A stretch of 64,000 nucleotides of DNA from an uncultured delta proteobacterium (GCA_963816145.1 CAWFJP010000031.1:256001-320000), one strand, 5' to 3'; shown: positions 18,926 through 29,673, counted from the first letter of the stretch. The notes: a model not told the origin generated them from the letters alone. Translations and numbers: made by a program.

Positions 18926-20653
18926 ATGCCCGCTGCTCAAACCCGGACGCTCAATCGGGCCGGCCATACTGGTCGGTCTGCTTTTCGCTTCCGAGATCCG
19001 ACTTTTCCCGTGTGGATCGGCGCGGCGCTTCTTCTAGTTTTCCTCATGCTGTTCCCGCTGGGTGCGATTTTCCGCGCCAGTCTGTGGGGCGACAACGGCA
19101 TCACGCTCAACCGATATCTTGAAGTCTTTACCAACGAACAATTTCTCAAGGCGATCTGGAACACCTTGATCATTTCCACTTGGGTGGGAGCGATCGCGGT
19201 GATCATCGGCGGGCTGCTCGCCTGGTTGGTGGCGCGCACCGACCTACCCTGGAAAAAAACCATCCGCGCGCTGGTGATGGCGTCGTTCGTAACGCCGCCG
19301 TTCCTGGGCGCGTTTGCCTGGACGCTGCTTGCCGGACCCAATGCCGGGGCGCTGAACAAGCTTTACCGAGCCGTGACCGGCTCGGAAAATGCGCTGTTCA
19401 ACATCTTCTCGATGCCCGGGCTGATTTTCGTCATGGCGCTCTACAGCTTCCCCTACGTCTTTTCGATGATCGCCAACGTCTGCGAGCTGATCTCGTCGGA
19501 TCTCGAAGACGCCGCGGAGATACTCGGCGCGAACAAGTGGTGGACCGCGTGGACCGTCACGCTGCCCCTGGCGCTGCCGGCCCTGCTCGGCGGCTTCATC
19601 CTGGCTTTTCTGCAATCGCTGTCGCTCTTCGGCGCGCCGGCGATTCTCGGCCTGCCGGCGGGCCTGCACACGATCACGACGCAGATCTGGGCGCTCTTTC
19701 AGTACCCGCCGCGGTTGGATATGGCCGCGGCCTTTTCCGTGCCGCTCCTGCTCGCGACCATGGCGCTGATTGCCGTGCAAAAAAAAATCCTCGGTCGCAA
19801 AGGCTACAGCACGGTCGGCGGTAAAGGCGGACAGAAACGATTGATCCGGCTCGGCTGGGGCCGGGTTCCGGTGTTGCTTCTGGTGCTCGGCATTCTATCG
19901 CTTTCGGTGTTCTTGCCATACTGGATTCTGCTGAAGGCGGCGCTCTCCAAAGCCTGGGCAGTGCCTTTAACCTGGGATAATTTCACGCTGAAAAACTTTT
20001 CGTTCACTTTTCTGGAGTATGGCGATACCCAGCGGGCGATCTACAATACTTTCAAATTGGGCCTGCTAACGGCGACGCTCGGCACGCTGTTAGCGACTCT
20101 CATCGCCTACATTACCAATCGCGATCTGTTCCGCGGCGCGCGCTATCTGACTTTCTTCGCCCTGGCTCCTCTGGTTATTCCCGGCATCGTCTTGGCGGTT
20201 GGCTTGTTCATCGCTTACTCGCGGCCGCCTTTAGTGCTCTATGGCACAATCTGGATTCTCTTCGTGGCTTTTTTAACCAAAGAGATGCCGATCGGGTTTT
20301 CCCAGGCGGAGTCCACCTTCAAGAGCATTCACCTAGAGCTCGAAGACGCCAGTCGGATTATCGGCGCCAACCGGCTTATGTCCCTCAAAGATATAACCGC
20401 GCCGCTGGCGCGCTCGGGACTGATCGCCGCCTGGTCCTTTATCTTCATCGGCGTCCTCCGCGAGCTCAGCGCCGCCATCCTGTTATTTGCGCCGAGCTCA
20501 AAAGTGGTGTCTGTAGTCATTTTCGATCTTAAAGAAGAAGGCCAGGTGGGAGTCATCGCGGTTTTAGGAATTCTTCTACTGGTGGTTTCTTTCGCGGTCA
20601 TACTTGCGGTCCAGGGGCTCGCTGGACGTGATCCAGTGGCGGCTCGGGAGTAG
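18926..20653 (+). CDS. ABC transporter permease with two TM domains (AfuB/FbpB-like)
   Basis: Two EAA-like loops (LEDAAEILGA, LEDASRIIGA). Confidence 0.92.
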   Translation: MPAAQTRTLNRAGHTGRSAFRFRDPTFPVWIGAALLLVFLMLFPLGAIFRASLWGDNGITLNRYLEVFTNEQFLKAIWNTLIISTWVGAIAVIIGGLLAWLVARTDLPWKKTIRALVMASFVTPPFLGAFAWTLLAGPNAGALNKLYRAVTGSENALFNIFSMPGLIFVMALYSFPYVFSMIANVCELISSDLEDAAEILGANKWWTAWTVTLPLALPALLGGFILAFLQSLSLFGAPAILGLPAGLHTITTQIWALFQYPPRLDMAAAFSVPLLLATMALIAVQKKILGRKGYSTVGGKGGQKRLIRLGWGRVPVLLLVLGILSLSVFLPYWILLKAALSKAWAVPLTWDNFTLKNFSFTFLEYGDTQRAIYNTFKLGLLTATLGTLLATLIAYITNRDLFRGARYLTFFALAPLVIPGIVLAVGLFIAYSRPPLVLYGTIWILFVAFLTKEMPIGFSQAESTFKSIHLELEDASRIIGANRLMSLKDITAPLARSGLIAAWSFIFIGVLRELSAAILLFAPSSKVVSVVIFDLKEEGQVGVIAVLGILLLVVSFAVILAVQGLAGRDPVAARE

Positions 20654-20656
20654 CCC

Positions 20657-21745
20657 ATGGCGATCGTTTCAATCCGGGGACTGACAAAAAAGTTCGCCGA
20701 CGCCGCTGCGGTCGACGATCTCCATTTGGAAATCGGCGACGGTGAATTCGTGTCACTGCTCGGCCCATCCGGTTGCGGTAAAACTACCACGCTGCGTTTG
20801 CTCGCAGGCTTCTTGCAGCCAGACGGCGGGGAGATTCGCGTCGGTGGCGCAGTTGTTTCATCGCCGTCCCTTGTTGTGCCGCCCGAGCGGCGCAATATGT
20901 CGATGATCTTTCAAAGTTATGCTGTCTGGCCGCACATGACAGTGTTTCAGAACGTCGCCTACGGACTAAAATTCAAGAAACTAACCAAACCAGAAATCTC
21001 GGCGAAGGTTACCACGCTGCTCGGCGTCGTGCGCTTGGCGGATTTGCAAGATCGCTATTCGGCGGAGCTGTCGGGCGGGCAGCAGCAGAGGGTGGCCCTG
21101 GCGCGCGCGCTGGTGGTAGAGCCGCAGATTCTCTTAATGGATGAGCCGCTGAGCAACCTCGACGCCAATCTGCGCGAAGAGATGCGCTTCGAGATCCGCC
21201 GGCTGCATGAAGAATTCAAGATCACCACAGTCTACGTTACCCACGATCAGGCGGAGGCGATGGCGACCTCGGACCGGATCGCCGTGCTCAATCGCGGCCG
21301 TCTGGTTCAGGTCGGACCCCCTGCGGAGATTTTTGACCGGCCGAAAACCCGGTTCGTCGCTGAGTTTGTCGGCAAAGCGAATATCTTGAGCGGGCGCCTT
21401 GACGGCGATGGTCGGTCAATGCTTTCCGACGGCGTAAAGATTCGCCTGGCTGACGGCGGCGCCATCGCGCCGTCAAGCGAGGTGTCGGTGTGCTTGCGTC
21501 CGCATAATATCAAGCTGGTCGGCGGACAAGAGGCAGCGCGGCAGCTGACTGATCAAGGCTGCAATGTTTTCTCCGGCGTCATTCGCCGCTCCATTTATTT
21601 CGGCGACGCGGTCGATTACACGGTCGGGCTTGCTTCGGGGAGAGTTTTACACGTCATAGCGCCGCCATCCCAACGATTCGAGCCCGGCCAATCGATCTGT
21701 GCGGCAGCCCATCCCGAACATTGCGTCGTCGTGCGTGAAGATTGA
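20657..21745 (+). CDS. ABC transporter ATP-binding protein (PotA/FbpC-like)
   Basis: GPSGCGKT, LSGGQQQR, DEPLSNLD. Confidence 0.95.
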   Translation: MAIVSIRGLTKKFADAAAVDDLHLEIGDGEFVSLLGPSGCGKTTTLRLLAGFLQPDGGEIRVGGAVVSSPSLVVPPERRNMSMIFQSYAVWPHMTVFQNVAYGLKFKKLTKPEISAKVTTLLGVVRLADLQDRYSAELSGGQQQRVALARALVVEPQILLMDEPLSNLDANLREEMRFEIRRLHEEFKITTVYVTHDQAEAMATSDRIAVLNRGRLVQVGPPAEIFDRPKTRFVAEFVGKANILSGRLDGDGRSMLSDGVKIRLADGGAIAPSSEVSVCLRPHNIKLVGGQEAARQLTDQGCNVFSGVIRRSIYFGDAVDYTVGLASGRVLHVIAPPSQRFEPGQSICAAAHPEHCVVVRED

Positions 21746-21746
21746 C

Positions 21747-21917
21747 GCGGCACAGTCGCAACCGAAGAGAATTAGGATTTTCACCACGAAGGCACGAAGG
21801 ACACGAAGGGTTCGGATAATTAATTTTCCGAACTTCGTGCTCTTCGTGTCCTTCGTGGTGAAAATCTCTTTCCCATTTGGTTGCGGCTCTGCCGCACTGG
21901 GTCCTTCGTGGTGAGAT
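21747..21917. repeat. Nested palindromic element (outer and inner inverted repeats), REP/MITE-like
   Basis: Outer GCGGCACAGTCGCAACC / GGTTGCGGCTCTGCCGC; inner ATTTTCACCACGAAGG.. / ..CCTTCGTGGTGAAAAT; extra half unit at 21901-21917. Confidence 0.85.
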
Positions 21918-21976
21918 GAGATCTCCTCATTAAGCGCAAAGTACACGGAGGGTGAAGACAAACGGAAAGGTAAGAT

Positions 21977-23050
21977 ATGGCATTGGATTTTGTTACCAAC
22001 CAAGAGATCATCATGGCGGCGCGGCGCAATCTTAGCGATAATGTTTGGCACTATTTGACCGGCGGGGCCGAGTCTGAAACCACCATGCGGCGCAACCGAT
22101 TCGGCCTGGATGGTCTCGCGTTTCGCCCGAGGGTGCTCGTCGATGTATCCGTGATCGATCCCTCGACAACTTTTCTCGGACATAAACTTGCCATGCCCGT
22201 CATGCTCGCGCCGATCGGCTCGCTGCAGTCGATCACGCCCGAAGGCGGAGTCGCCGTCGCCAAAGCCGCCGAAGAATTCGGCACCGTCAACTTTGTCAGC
22301 TCGGTAACTCAACCCAGCCTGGAAGAGATCGCCGCGGCCAGCCGCAACCCAAAAATCTTTCAGCTTTACGTGCAAGGCGACTTGAACTGGGTCGGCCAGC
22401 TTCTGACCCGCGTCAAGCAGGCCGGCTACTCGGCACTCTGTCTTACTGTCGACACCGCGCACTATGGCCACCGCGAGCGTCAGATGATGGACCGCTGGTT
22501 GCCGCCGAGCCGCCGCGGTGTCGGTTACGAATACCGAGCCGGCCTTACCTGGGCGACCCTGGACGCGATCAAGGAGATGGCCGGGCTGCCGTTGATTTTA
22601 AAGGGCGTGGCGACAGCCGAAGACGCCACCCTCGCCGTGGCCCATGGCGTCGGGACGATTTACGTATCCAATCATGGCGGGCGCCAGCTCGACCATGGGC
22701 GGGCGACCATCGACATGCTGCCGGAAATCGTCGCTGCGGTCGGCGACAAAGCGGAAATCTTGCTCGACGGCGGCATCGTGCGCGGCAGCGACGTACTCAA
22801 GGCTATCGCCCTGGGGGCGCGCGCTGTAGCTATCGGCAAGCTCCAAGGCTGGGGACTCGCCGCCGCCGGTCAGGCCGGCTTGGTACGGGTGCTCGAAATA
22901 CTCAAAAGCGAGATCGTCACCACCATGGGATTGCTCGGCATCACGCGGCTCGATCAACTCACCAGGGCTTACTTGGACAATGTTCAACCGTTAGCTCCGG
23001 CCCATGAAATGAGCGCCTTTCCACATATGCCCGGCGGCCAGTTGCTGTGA
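21977..23050 (+). CDS. FMN-dependent alpha-hydroxy acid oxidase/dehydrogenase
   Basis: YLTGGAESE, LTVD, SNHGGRQLD, DGGIVRGSDVLKAIALGA. Confidence 0.93.
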   Translation: MALDFVTNQEIIMAARRNLSDNVWHYLTGGAESETTMRRNRFGLDGLAFRPRVLVDVSVIDPSTTFLGHKLAMPVMLAPIGSLQSITPEGGVAVAKAAEEFGTVNFVSSVTQPSLEEIAAASRNPKIFQLYVQGDLNWVGQLLTRVKQAGYSALCLTVDTAHYGHRERQMMDRWLPPSRRGVGYEYRAGLTWATLDAIKEMAGLPLILKGVATAEDATLAVAHGVGTIYVSNHGGRQLDHGRATIDMLPEIVAAVGDKAEILLDGGIVRGSDVLKAIALGARAVAIGKLQGWGLAAAGQAGLVRVLEILKSEIVTTMGLLGITRLDQLTRAYLDNVQPLAPAHEMSAFPHMPGGQLL

Positions 23051-23277
23051 GTTGGGGGGGATCGGAACGAATTCAATAATAACAAGGCTATCATTTCATA
23101 AATTATGTCGGGTCTGAGTGTTGAACTGTTGCGCACGAACACGCTGATGGTTTGAAACATTTACAGTTCTACGGGTTCAAAACTTGTCATTGATCCACTT
23201 CAACGTATAGCCGGTAAAGTTTTTCCTTGCATTACTCTACTCTGACGCGGGCTTCGCGTGGTTGTTGCCGCCACTGT

Positions 23278-24054
23278 TCAGTTCTTCAACCGGTAGCCGG
23301 TCTTGAAAATCCAGCCGACGACGGCCAGGCAGAGGGCGAAAAATCCCAGGGTCATTGCTAGGCTAATTTCTACGCTCACGTCGGCCGATTCGTAAAAGCT
23401 CCAGCGGAAGCCGCTGATCAGATATACCACAGGATTGAACAGAGTGACGGTGCGCCAGGCCGGCGGCAGCATGTCGATGGAATAAAAAGCGCCGCCGAGA
23501 AAAGTCAGCGGCGTAATGATCAGCATGGGGATGAACTGCAACTGCTCGAAGCTCTTGGCCCAGATGCCGACGATGAAACCGAACAGGCTGAAGGTCGCCG
23601 CGGTGAGCACGAGAAAGACGATCATCCACAGCGGGTGCTGGATGCGCACCGGCACGAACAGGGCGGCGGTGGCGAGAATAATCAGGCCCAGGGCGATGGA
23701 CTTCGATGCGGCGGCACCGACGTAAGCGATGACGATCTCCAAGTACGAGACCGGCGCGGACAAAAGCTCGTAGATCGTGCCGGTGAATTTCGGGAAGTAA
23801 ATGCCGAACGAGGCGTTGGAGATGGACTGGGTAAGGAGCGAGAGCATGATCAGCCCCGGCACGATGAACGCGCCGTAGGCAACGTTGTCGACCTGGGCCA
23901 TGCGCGCGCCAATGGCGGCGCCGAAAACGACGAAATAAAGCGAAGTTGTGATCACCGGCGCAATCACGCTCTGAAACAGCGTGCGCAGCGCCCGCGCCAT
24001 CTCGAATTTGTAGATCGCCCAGACGCTATGCCGGTTGAATGCCAGGTTGCTCAT
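23278..24054 (-). CDS. ABC-2 type permease (YadH-like)
   Basis: [42 protein letters not shown]. Confidence 0.9.
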   Translation of the reverse strand: MSNLAFNRHSVWAIYKFEMARALRTLFQSVIAPVITTSLYFVVFGAAIGARMAQVDNVAYGAFIVPGLIMLSLLTQSISNASFGIYFPKFTGTIYELLSAPVSYLEIVIAYVGAAASKSIALGLIILATAALFVPVRIQHPLWMIVFLVLTAATFSLFGFIVGIWAKSFEQLQFIPMLIITPLTFLGGAFYSIDMLPPAWRTVTLFNPVVYLISGFRWSFYESADVSVEISLAMTLGFFALCLAVVGWIFKTGYRLKN

Positions 24055-24084
24055 AGTCTTACGTGAGTCTATTCGGAACAGGGA

Positions 24085-24233
24085 ATTTCACCACAAAGAG
24101 CACAGAGACCACAGAGGGTTGGGTAATACTTCGGGTGTTTTGAACCTCAACCACGAGCCACGGGCACGACTCGAAAGAAGGTAAAATCTCCAGCCAAGTT
24201 TCCTACTCTGTGATCTCTGTGTGCTCTGTGGTG
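24085..24233. repeat. Palindromic repeat variant (CACAGAG units) between the ABC ATPase and permease genes
   Basis: CACCACAAAGAGCACAGAGACCACAGAG ... CTCTGTGATCTCTGTGTGCTCTGTGGTG. Confidence 0.75.
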
Positions 24234-24266
24234 CATCCTTCCGGTCTTTCGCGTGCCGCCTTGACC

Positions 24267-25193
24267 TTAATTACGATCGCTGACCAGGCTGACGAAGATA
24301 TCTTCAAGCGAGCTTTGGCGCGTGTTCAAATCCTTGAAGCGGATGCCGAGGTCGCTCATGCGTTGCAAGAGTGCCGGGATGCCGGCTCGTTCATCGGCGG
24401 CGTCGAAGGTATATTCCAATTCTGTTCCGCCGGCGTTGAGCGCCAAGTGCCAGTCGCGGAGCTCCGGCGGGACCACTGCCAGTGGCTCGAGGAGATTGAG
24501 CGTCAATTGTTTCTTGCCGAGCTTCTTCATCAGCTTGGTTTTTTCTTCCACCAGGATCAGTTCGCCTTTGTTGATCACGCCGATGCGGTCGGCCATCTCC
24601 TCGGCTTCGTCGATGTAGTGTGTGGTCAAGATGATCGTCACGCCGTTGTCTCGCAGGCGGCGCACCAGGCCCCACATGTCCCGGCGCAGTTCGACGTCGA
24701 CGCCGGCGGTGGGTTCGTCAAGAAATAGAATCTGCGGCTCATGGGCGAGCGCCTTGGCGATCATCACGCGCCGCTTCATGCCACCGGAGAGCGTCATGAT
24801 CATATTTTTGCGTTTATCCCAAAGCGACAGCTCGCGCAGCACCTGCTCGATGTAGGCTGGCCTGGGCGGGTGGCCGAACAACCCGCGGCTGAAGCTCACC
24901 GTTGCCCACACGGATTCGAAAGCATCGGTGCTGAGCTCTTGCGGCACCAGTCCAATTTTGGCGCGCGCGGCCCGATAGTCGCGCTGGATATCGTGGCCGG
25001 CGGCAATGATGGTGCCCTCGGTGGGTGTGACGATGCCGCAGACGATGCCGATCAGTGTGGTCTTGCCGGCGCCGTTGGGGCCCAGGAGGGCGAAGATCTC
25101 GCCTTTATGGATCGCCAGATCGACGCGCTTGAGTGCCTGGTGGCCGGAAGCGTAGGTCTTGGTCAAGTTCGAAATCGCAATGATTGGCGCCAT
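24267..25193 (-). CDS. ABC transporter ATP-binding protein (YadG-like)
   Basis: [24 protein letters not shown]. Confidence 0.93.
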   Translation of the reverse strand: MAPIIAISNLTKTYASGHQALKRVDLAIHKGEIFALLGPNGAGKTTLIGIVCGIVTPTEGTIIAAGHDIQRDYRAARAKIGLVPQELSTDAFESVWATVSFSRGLFGHPPRPAYIEQVLRELSLWDKRKNMIMTLSGGMKRRVMIAKALAHEPQILFLDEPTAGVDVELRRDMWGLVRRLRDNGVTIILTTHYIDEAEEMADRIGVINKGELILVEEKTKLMKKLGKKQLTLNLLEPLAVVPPELRDWHLALNAGGTELEYTFDAADERAGIPALLQRMSDLGIRFKDLNTRQSSLEDIFVSLVSDRN

Positions 25194-25343
25194 CGCGTGA
25201 TCTTAGCGTAATCGTGCGACCTCTTTAAGCGCTGCGTGAAACTGTTTGAGTATTGCGCGGGAGTTCTTCATGCGATTAAGCCACGCTGGTCAATGGATCG
25301 CCGCAGCACGGGCGTTTGCCGCGAAAAAATAATTCTCCACTAT

Positions 25344-25359
25344 TGTCTATTATTAGACA
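25344..25359 (+). promoter_or_regulatory. Crp/Fnr-type palindrome, site 1
   Basis: TGTCTATTATTAGACA; -10 TAGCAT at 25381. Confidence 0.75.
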
Positions 25360-25674
25360 GAAACCGCTGTCGACTCCGTTTAGCATGGCAGAGAATGCAT
25401 AGGTTCGAGTTGTCGCGCGGAACGCGGCGGGCAAGAGCCAAGATAATAATTCTGGTGCAATTTCTATCGAAGCCGATGAAAAAACAATGATTGAGGCAAA
25501 AGTTGCGGATGATCCAACGACCGCCGTCAAATGCGAGTCCTGCGGACATCGATATTGCTCGGTTTGCGAGGAGTGCTCGCTGTCGCAACGTTACTCGGAC
25601 TACTGGATTTGCCACAGCTGTGCATCGCTAACTCTATGGATTCCCGGTGTGGTTTAAAATAACGGAGGTGTTTT

Positions 25675-26025
25675 ATGGATTGGGACAAAGTTAAGCTCGG
25701 TGGCTGGAGCGCCGCCGGCGGCGCGGTACTGGCGATGATCGTCGGTTTTAACTGGGGTGGCTGGGTGACCGGCGGCACTGCCGATGTGTTGGCCAAAGAG
25801 ATTGCCGAAAATGCCGTGGCCAAACGTTTCACGCCGAGCTGTGTGGCTCGCTTCAACCAGGACGCGAAGAAAGAAGAGAAGCTCAAGGAGATCAAGGCCA
25901 AGGATGCTTGGGACGGACAAAAGTTCGTCGAAGAGCAGGGGTGGGCGACGCTGCCCGGAGAAGAAAGACCTGACAGCAAGGTCGCCGAAGGTTGTGCCAA
26001 AAGTCTCATGGAAGTTAAGTCGTAA
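25675..26025 (+). CDS. Membrane-anchored hypothetical protein with a Cys pair
   Basis: GGAGG RBS; N-terminal hydrophobic GGAVLAMIVGFNWGGW; CVARF and CAK. Confidence 0.75.
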   Translation: MDWDKVKLGGWSAAGGAVLAMIVGFNWGGWVTGGTADVLAKEIAENAVAKRFTPSCVARFNQDAKKEEKLKEIKAKDAWDGQKFVEEQGWATLPGEERPDSKVAEGCAKSLMEVKS

Positions 26026-26094
26026 ATTTTTGCGACCCATTCGGCTCGCAGTCAAAGCGCCGGCCGGATGAACATCGGCGGTAGGAGAATTTAA

Positions 26095-26214
26095 ATGGGC
26101 GACAAAAGCAAAAAGGATAAAGACAAGCACCAGAAGCAGAAGCAAATCCAGCAGCAAACCGCGGCAAAAACTGCGCTGGCGAAGCAAACGGCACCGGTCC
26201 CCAAAACCAAGTAG
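26095..26214 (+). CDS. Small Lys/Gln-rich protein (39 aa, not in the ORF track)
   Basis: AGGAG RBS then MGDKSKKDKDKHQKQKQIQQQTAAKTALAKQTAPVPKTK*. Confidence 0.6.
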   Translation: MGDKSKKDKDKHQKQKQIQQQTAAKTALAKQTAPVPKTK

Positions 26215-26310
26215 GGGCTATCTTTATCATCCTCATCTGCTACAATCATAGATACGATTACTGACCTGACGTTCAAATAGAACAAACTCGGTTTATTTCC
26301 CCCGAGTCTC

Positions 26311-26342
26311 GAAGAGGCGGTACCTAGGGTAACCGCCTCTTC
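26311..26342. other. Hairpin upstream of the glycosyltransferase gene
   Basis: GAAGAGGCGGT / ACCGCCTCTTC stem. Confidence 0.5.
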
Positions 26343-26360
26343 GTGTTTGTGGGCCGGAGC

Positions 26361-28694
26361 ATGACCGAGAACCGCAAGGCATCACCGCCAGCTAGGAGCG
26401 CTTTTCCGTTGACACAGGGTCTAAAAAATACCGCGATCAATCGCATCGCCTTTGTCGGCAACTACTTGCCGCGGCAATGCGGCATCGCCACCTTTACCAC
26501 TGACCTGTGTGAAGCGATCGCCGCCGAGCATAGCGACACGACCTGTATCGCGGTGCCGGTCAACGATATCGAAGGCGGTTACGCTTATCCGTCGCGGGTG
26601 CGCTTCGAACTGACGGAAAAAGACCTCGAGTCGTACCGCCGCGGCGCCGATTTTTTGAATATCAATAGTGTCGACCTTGTCTGCCTGCAATTCGAATACG
26701 GCATTTTTGGCGGCCGGGCCGGCAGCCACATCTTGACGCTGCTGCGCGACCTGCGCATGCCGATCGTCACGACGCTGCACACGATCCTGCGCGAACCCGA
26801 TGCGCAGCAACGGCGCGTGTTGACTGAAGTCGCAGGCCTGTCGGACCGTTTGGTCGTGATGAGCAAGCGCAGCGCGGAGTTCTTACAAGAGATTTATCAG
26901 GTTGCGCCGGAGAAGATCGATCTCATTCCCCATGGCATTCCCGATCTGCCGTTCGTCGATCCGAGTTTTCACAAAGATCTGTTCGGCGTTGAAGGCAAGA
27001 TCGTGCTTCTCAGCTTCGGCCTGCTGTCGGCGAACAAGGGGATCGAAACTGTCATCTCGGCCCTGCCGGCAATCCTGGCCAAGCATCCCAACGTGGTCTA
27101 CTTCATCGTCGGCGCGACCCATCCGCATGTGCTGCGCCACGACGGCGAAAGCTATCGCTTATCGCTGCAATGGTTGGCGCAAGAAAAGGGCGTCGAAGGC
27201 CAGGTGATCTTTTACAACCGCTTTGTCAGCTTGGAAGAACTCGTCGAGTTCATTGGCGCGGCGGACATTTACATCACACCTTATTTGAACGCGGCGCAGG
27301 CGGTCTCGGGCACGCTGGCCTACACGGTCGGCGCGGGCAAGGCGGTCATTTCAACGCCCTATTGGCATGCCGAAGAGATGCTCGCCGAAGAACGCGGCGC
27401 GCTCGTGCCATTTCGCGATCCGGCGGCGCTCGCCGAACAGGTCATCGATTTGCTCGACAACGAGGCCAAGCGTCATAGTATGCGCAAGCGCGCCTACCTT
27501 TATGGGCGGGAAATGGTCTGGCCGCAGGTGGCACGCCGCTATATGGAGAGTTTTCAGCGCGCGCGCGCCGAACGGCGCCACTTTACGCCGCCCGATTTTG
27601 TCGTCAAGCCACTGGACAAGCGGCCGGCCGAGCTGCCGCCGCTCAAGCTCGATCACTTGCGCCGCATGACCGACGATACCGGCATGTTTCAACATGCGAT
27701 CTTCACCGTGCCCAATTACCACGAGGGTTACACCATCGATGATAATGCGCGGGCGCTCACCGTCAGCGCGCTTTTGGAAGAACTCGGCAATGAAGAGACC
27801 GCCGATCTCATGTCGCGTTACTTCGCGTTTGTCTGGTACGCCTTCAATGCCAAGACCGGCCGCTTCCGCAACTTCATGAGCTATCAGCGCGACTGGCTGG
27901 AGGAGATCGGTTCCGATGACAGTCATGGCCGCGCCCTCTGGGCGCTCGGTACGGTGTTGGGCCGTTCCAACACGCCGGCACTCCAGAACATGGCCGGCTG
28001 GGTCTTCGAGAAGTCGTTGCCGGCGGTGCTCGATACGACTAGTCCGCGGGCGTGGGCCTTCGCGCTGATCGGTATCAACGAATACTTGCAGCGATTTGCC
28101 GGCGACCGAACCATCACTCAAGCGCGCGAAGTTTTGGCCGGGCGGTTGCTCGATCTGTACCGGCAAAATCGCTCGGACCGATGGCGTTGGTACGAATCCT
28201 CGTTAAGTTATTGTAATGCCCTTCTGCCGCACGCCTTGCTCATGTGCGGCCGCGGCATACCCAATAGCGACATGACCGACGCCGGACTGGAGTCGCTCAC
28301 CTGGCTGGCCGACTTGCAGCGCGCCGAGGTGCCCGGCGGCCATTTCGTGCCGATCGGCTCCAATGGTTTTTATCGCCGTGACGGCGAACGCGCGCGCTTC
28401 GATCAGCAGCCCGTGGAAGCGCAGGCGATGGTGTCGGCTTGTCTCGAAGCGAAGCGGATTACCGGCGACAAGGGCTGGTCCAAAGAAGCGCGACGGGCGT
28501 TCGATTGGTTCCTCGGTCACAATGATTTAAACCTGCCGATCTACGATCCGACCACCGGCGGCTGCCGCGATGGTTTGCATCCCGACCGTACGAATGAAAA
28601 TCAAGGCGCGGAATCTTCGCTCGCGTTTCTCCAGGCGATGCTGGAGCTGCGCTTGGCTGAAACCGCATTGGCATCCGTAACCACAGGAGTTTGA
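26361..28694 (+). CDS. GT4 glycosyltransferase fused to a C-terminal helical glycoside-hydrolase-like domain
   Basis: YLPRQCGIATF, SGTLAY..GAGKAVISTPY; C-terminal GYTIDDNARA, FDQQPVEA, NQGAES. Confidence 0.88.
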   Translation: MTENRKASPPARSAFPLTQGLKNTAINRIAFVGNYLPRQCGIATFTTDLCEAIAAEHSDTTCIAVPVNDIEGGYAYPSRVRFELTEKDLESYRRGADFLNINSVDLVCLQFEYGIFGGRAGSHILTLLRDLRMPIVTTLHTILREPDAQQRRVLTEVAGLSDRLVVMSKRSAEFLQEIYQVAPEKIDLIPHGIPDLPFVDPSFHKDLFGVEGKIVLLSFGLLSANKGIETVISALPAILAKHPNVVYFIVGATHPHVLRHDGESYRLSLQWLAQEKGVEGQVIFYNRFVSLEELVEFIGAADIYITPYLNAAQAVSGTLAYTVGAGKAVISTPYWHAEEMLAEERGALVPFRDPAALAEQVIDLLDNEAKRHSMRKRAYLYGREMVWPQVARRYMESFQRARAERRHFTPPDFVVKPLDKRPAELPPLKLDHLRRMTDDTGMFQHAIFTVPNYHEGYTIDDNARALTVSALLEELGNEETADLMSRYFAFVWYAFNAKTGRFRNFMSYQRDWLEEIGSDDSHGRALWALGTVLGRSNTPALQNMAGWVFEKSLPAVLDTTSPRAWAFALIGINEYLQRFAGDRTITQAREVLAGRLLDLYRQNRSDRWRWYESSLSYCNALLPHALLMCGRGIPNSDMTDAGLESLTWLADLQRAEVPGGHFVPIGSNGFYRRDGERARFDQQPVEAQAMVSACLEAKRITGDKGWSKEARRAFDWFLGHNDLNLPIYDPTTGGCRDGLHPDRTNENQGAESSLAFLQAMLELRLAETALASVTTGV

Positions 28695-29662
28695 TGAACA
28701 ATCAGCACCCCGAACTGTTTCGCCGTAACAAACTCAATCCGATATTGAGCGCGGCCGATTGGCCCTATCCGGTCAATAGCGTTTTCAACGCCGGCGCGAC
28801 GCGCTTGGCGGACGGCACGACGTTGCTGCTGTGCCGCGTCGAGGATCGCCGCGGCCATTCGCATTTTACCGTCGCCCGTTCCGACAACGGTGTGGACAAC
28901 TGGCGCATCGAATGCCGGCCGACGCTGCAGGCCAATGCGGAAAATTTTCCCGAAGAAATATGGGGCATTGAAGACCCGCGTATCACGTATCTCCCGGAGT
29001 TAAGCAAGTATGCGGTTATTTATACCGCTTTCTCACGCGATGGACCGGGCGTATCTTTAGCGCTCACGGAAGACTTCCACAGCTACGAGCGCTACGGCGT
29101 CATCATGGCGCCGGAAGATAAAGACGCGGCACTGCTTCCGCGCCGTATCGGCGGGCAGTGGGCGTTAATTCATCGGCCGGTCAGCGCGCCGCGGGCGCAT
29201 ATGTGGATGTCGTTTTCTCCGGACTTGCGTCATTGGGGCAATCACAAGCTGATGCTGGAAGCGCGTAAGGGCTCGTGGTGGGACGCGAACAAGATAGGTC
29301 TTTCGCCCCCGCCCATCGAAACCGCGCAGGGCTGGTTGGTGATTTATCATGGCGTGCGGCAAACCGCAGCCGGATCGATTTATCGACTGGGGCTGGCCCT
29401 CTTTGACTTGCAGGCACCGGAGTCCTGTATTAGGCGGGGCGATGAATGGATTTTCGGCCCGCAAGAGGTTTACGAACAACGCGGGGATGTAGACAACGTA
29501 GTGTTCCCTTGCGGTTACACGATTGCGCCGGACGGCGATACGGTTCATCTCTATTACGGGGCGGCGGATACTAGCATCGGTTTGGCGACGGGGAGCATTC
29601 ACGCCATGCTCGAATGGCTTGGACGCCACGGCGACCAAGCGACGACAACTCTAAGTGACTGA
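28694..29662 (+). CDS. GH130 family glycosidase/phosphorylase
   Basis: NPIL, VFNAGA, GIEDPRIT, DKDAALLP, NVVFPCG, YYGAAD; TGATG coupling to the GT4 gene. Confidence 0.9.
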   Translation: MNNQHPELFRRNKLNPILSAADWPYPVNSVFNAGATRLADGTTLLLCRVEDRRGHSHFTVARSDNGVDNWRIECRPTLQANAENFPEEIWGIEDPRITYLPELSKYAVIYTAFSRDGPGVSLALTEDFHSYERYGVIMAPEDKDAALLPRRIGGQWALIHRPVSAPRAHMWMSFSPDLRHWGNHKLMLEARKGSWWDANKIGLSPPPIETAQGWLVIYHGVRQTAAGSIYRLGLALFDLQAPESCIRRGDEWIFGPQEVYEQRGDVDNVVFPCGYTIAPDGDTVHLYYGAADTSIGLATGSIHAMLEWLGRHGDQATTTLSD

Positions 29663-29673
29663 AAGGAGCAGTT

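Noticed and set aside
21747-21917. Repeats as a CRISPR array
   Set aside because: No constant repeat separated by unique spacers; the units are 9 nt and mirrored; no cas genes.
21647-22029. ORFs containing FTTKDTKSTK or TTKARRTRR peptides
   Set aside because: These are translations of the palindromic repeat, not genes.
25544-25559. GGACATCGATATTGCT as a sigma54 promoter
   Set aside because: It has GA in place of the invariant GG at -24, and no tandem enhancer lies 73 bp upstream.
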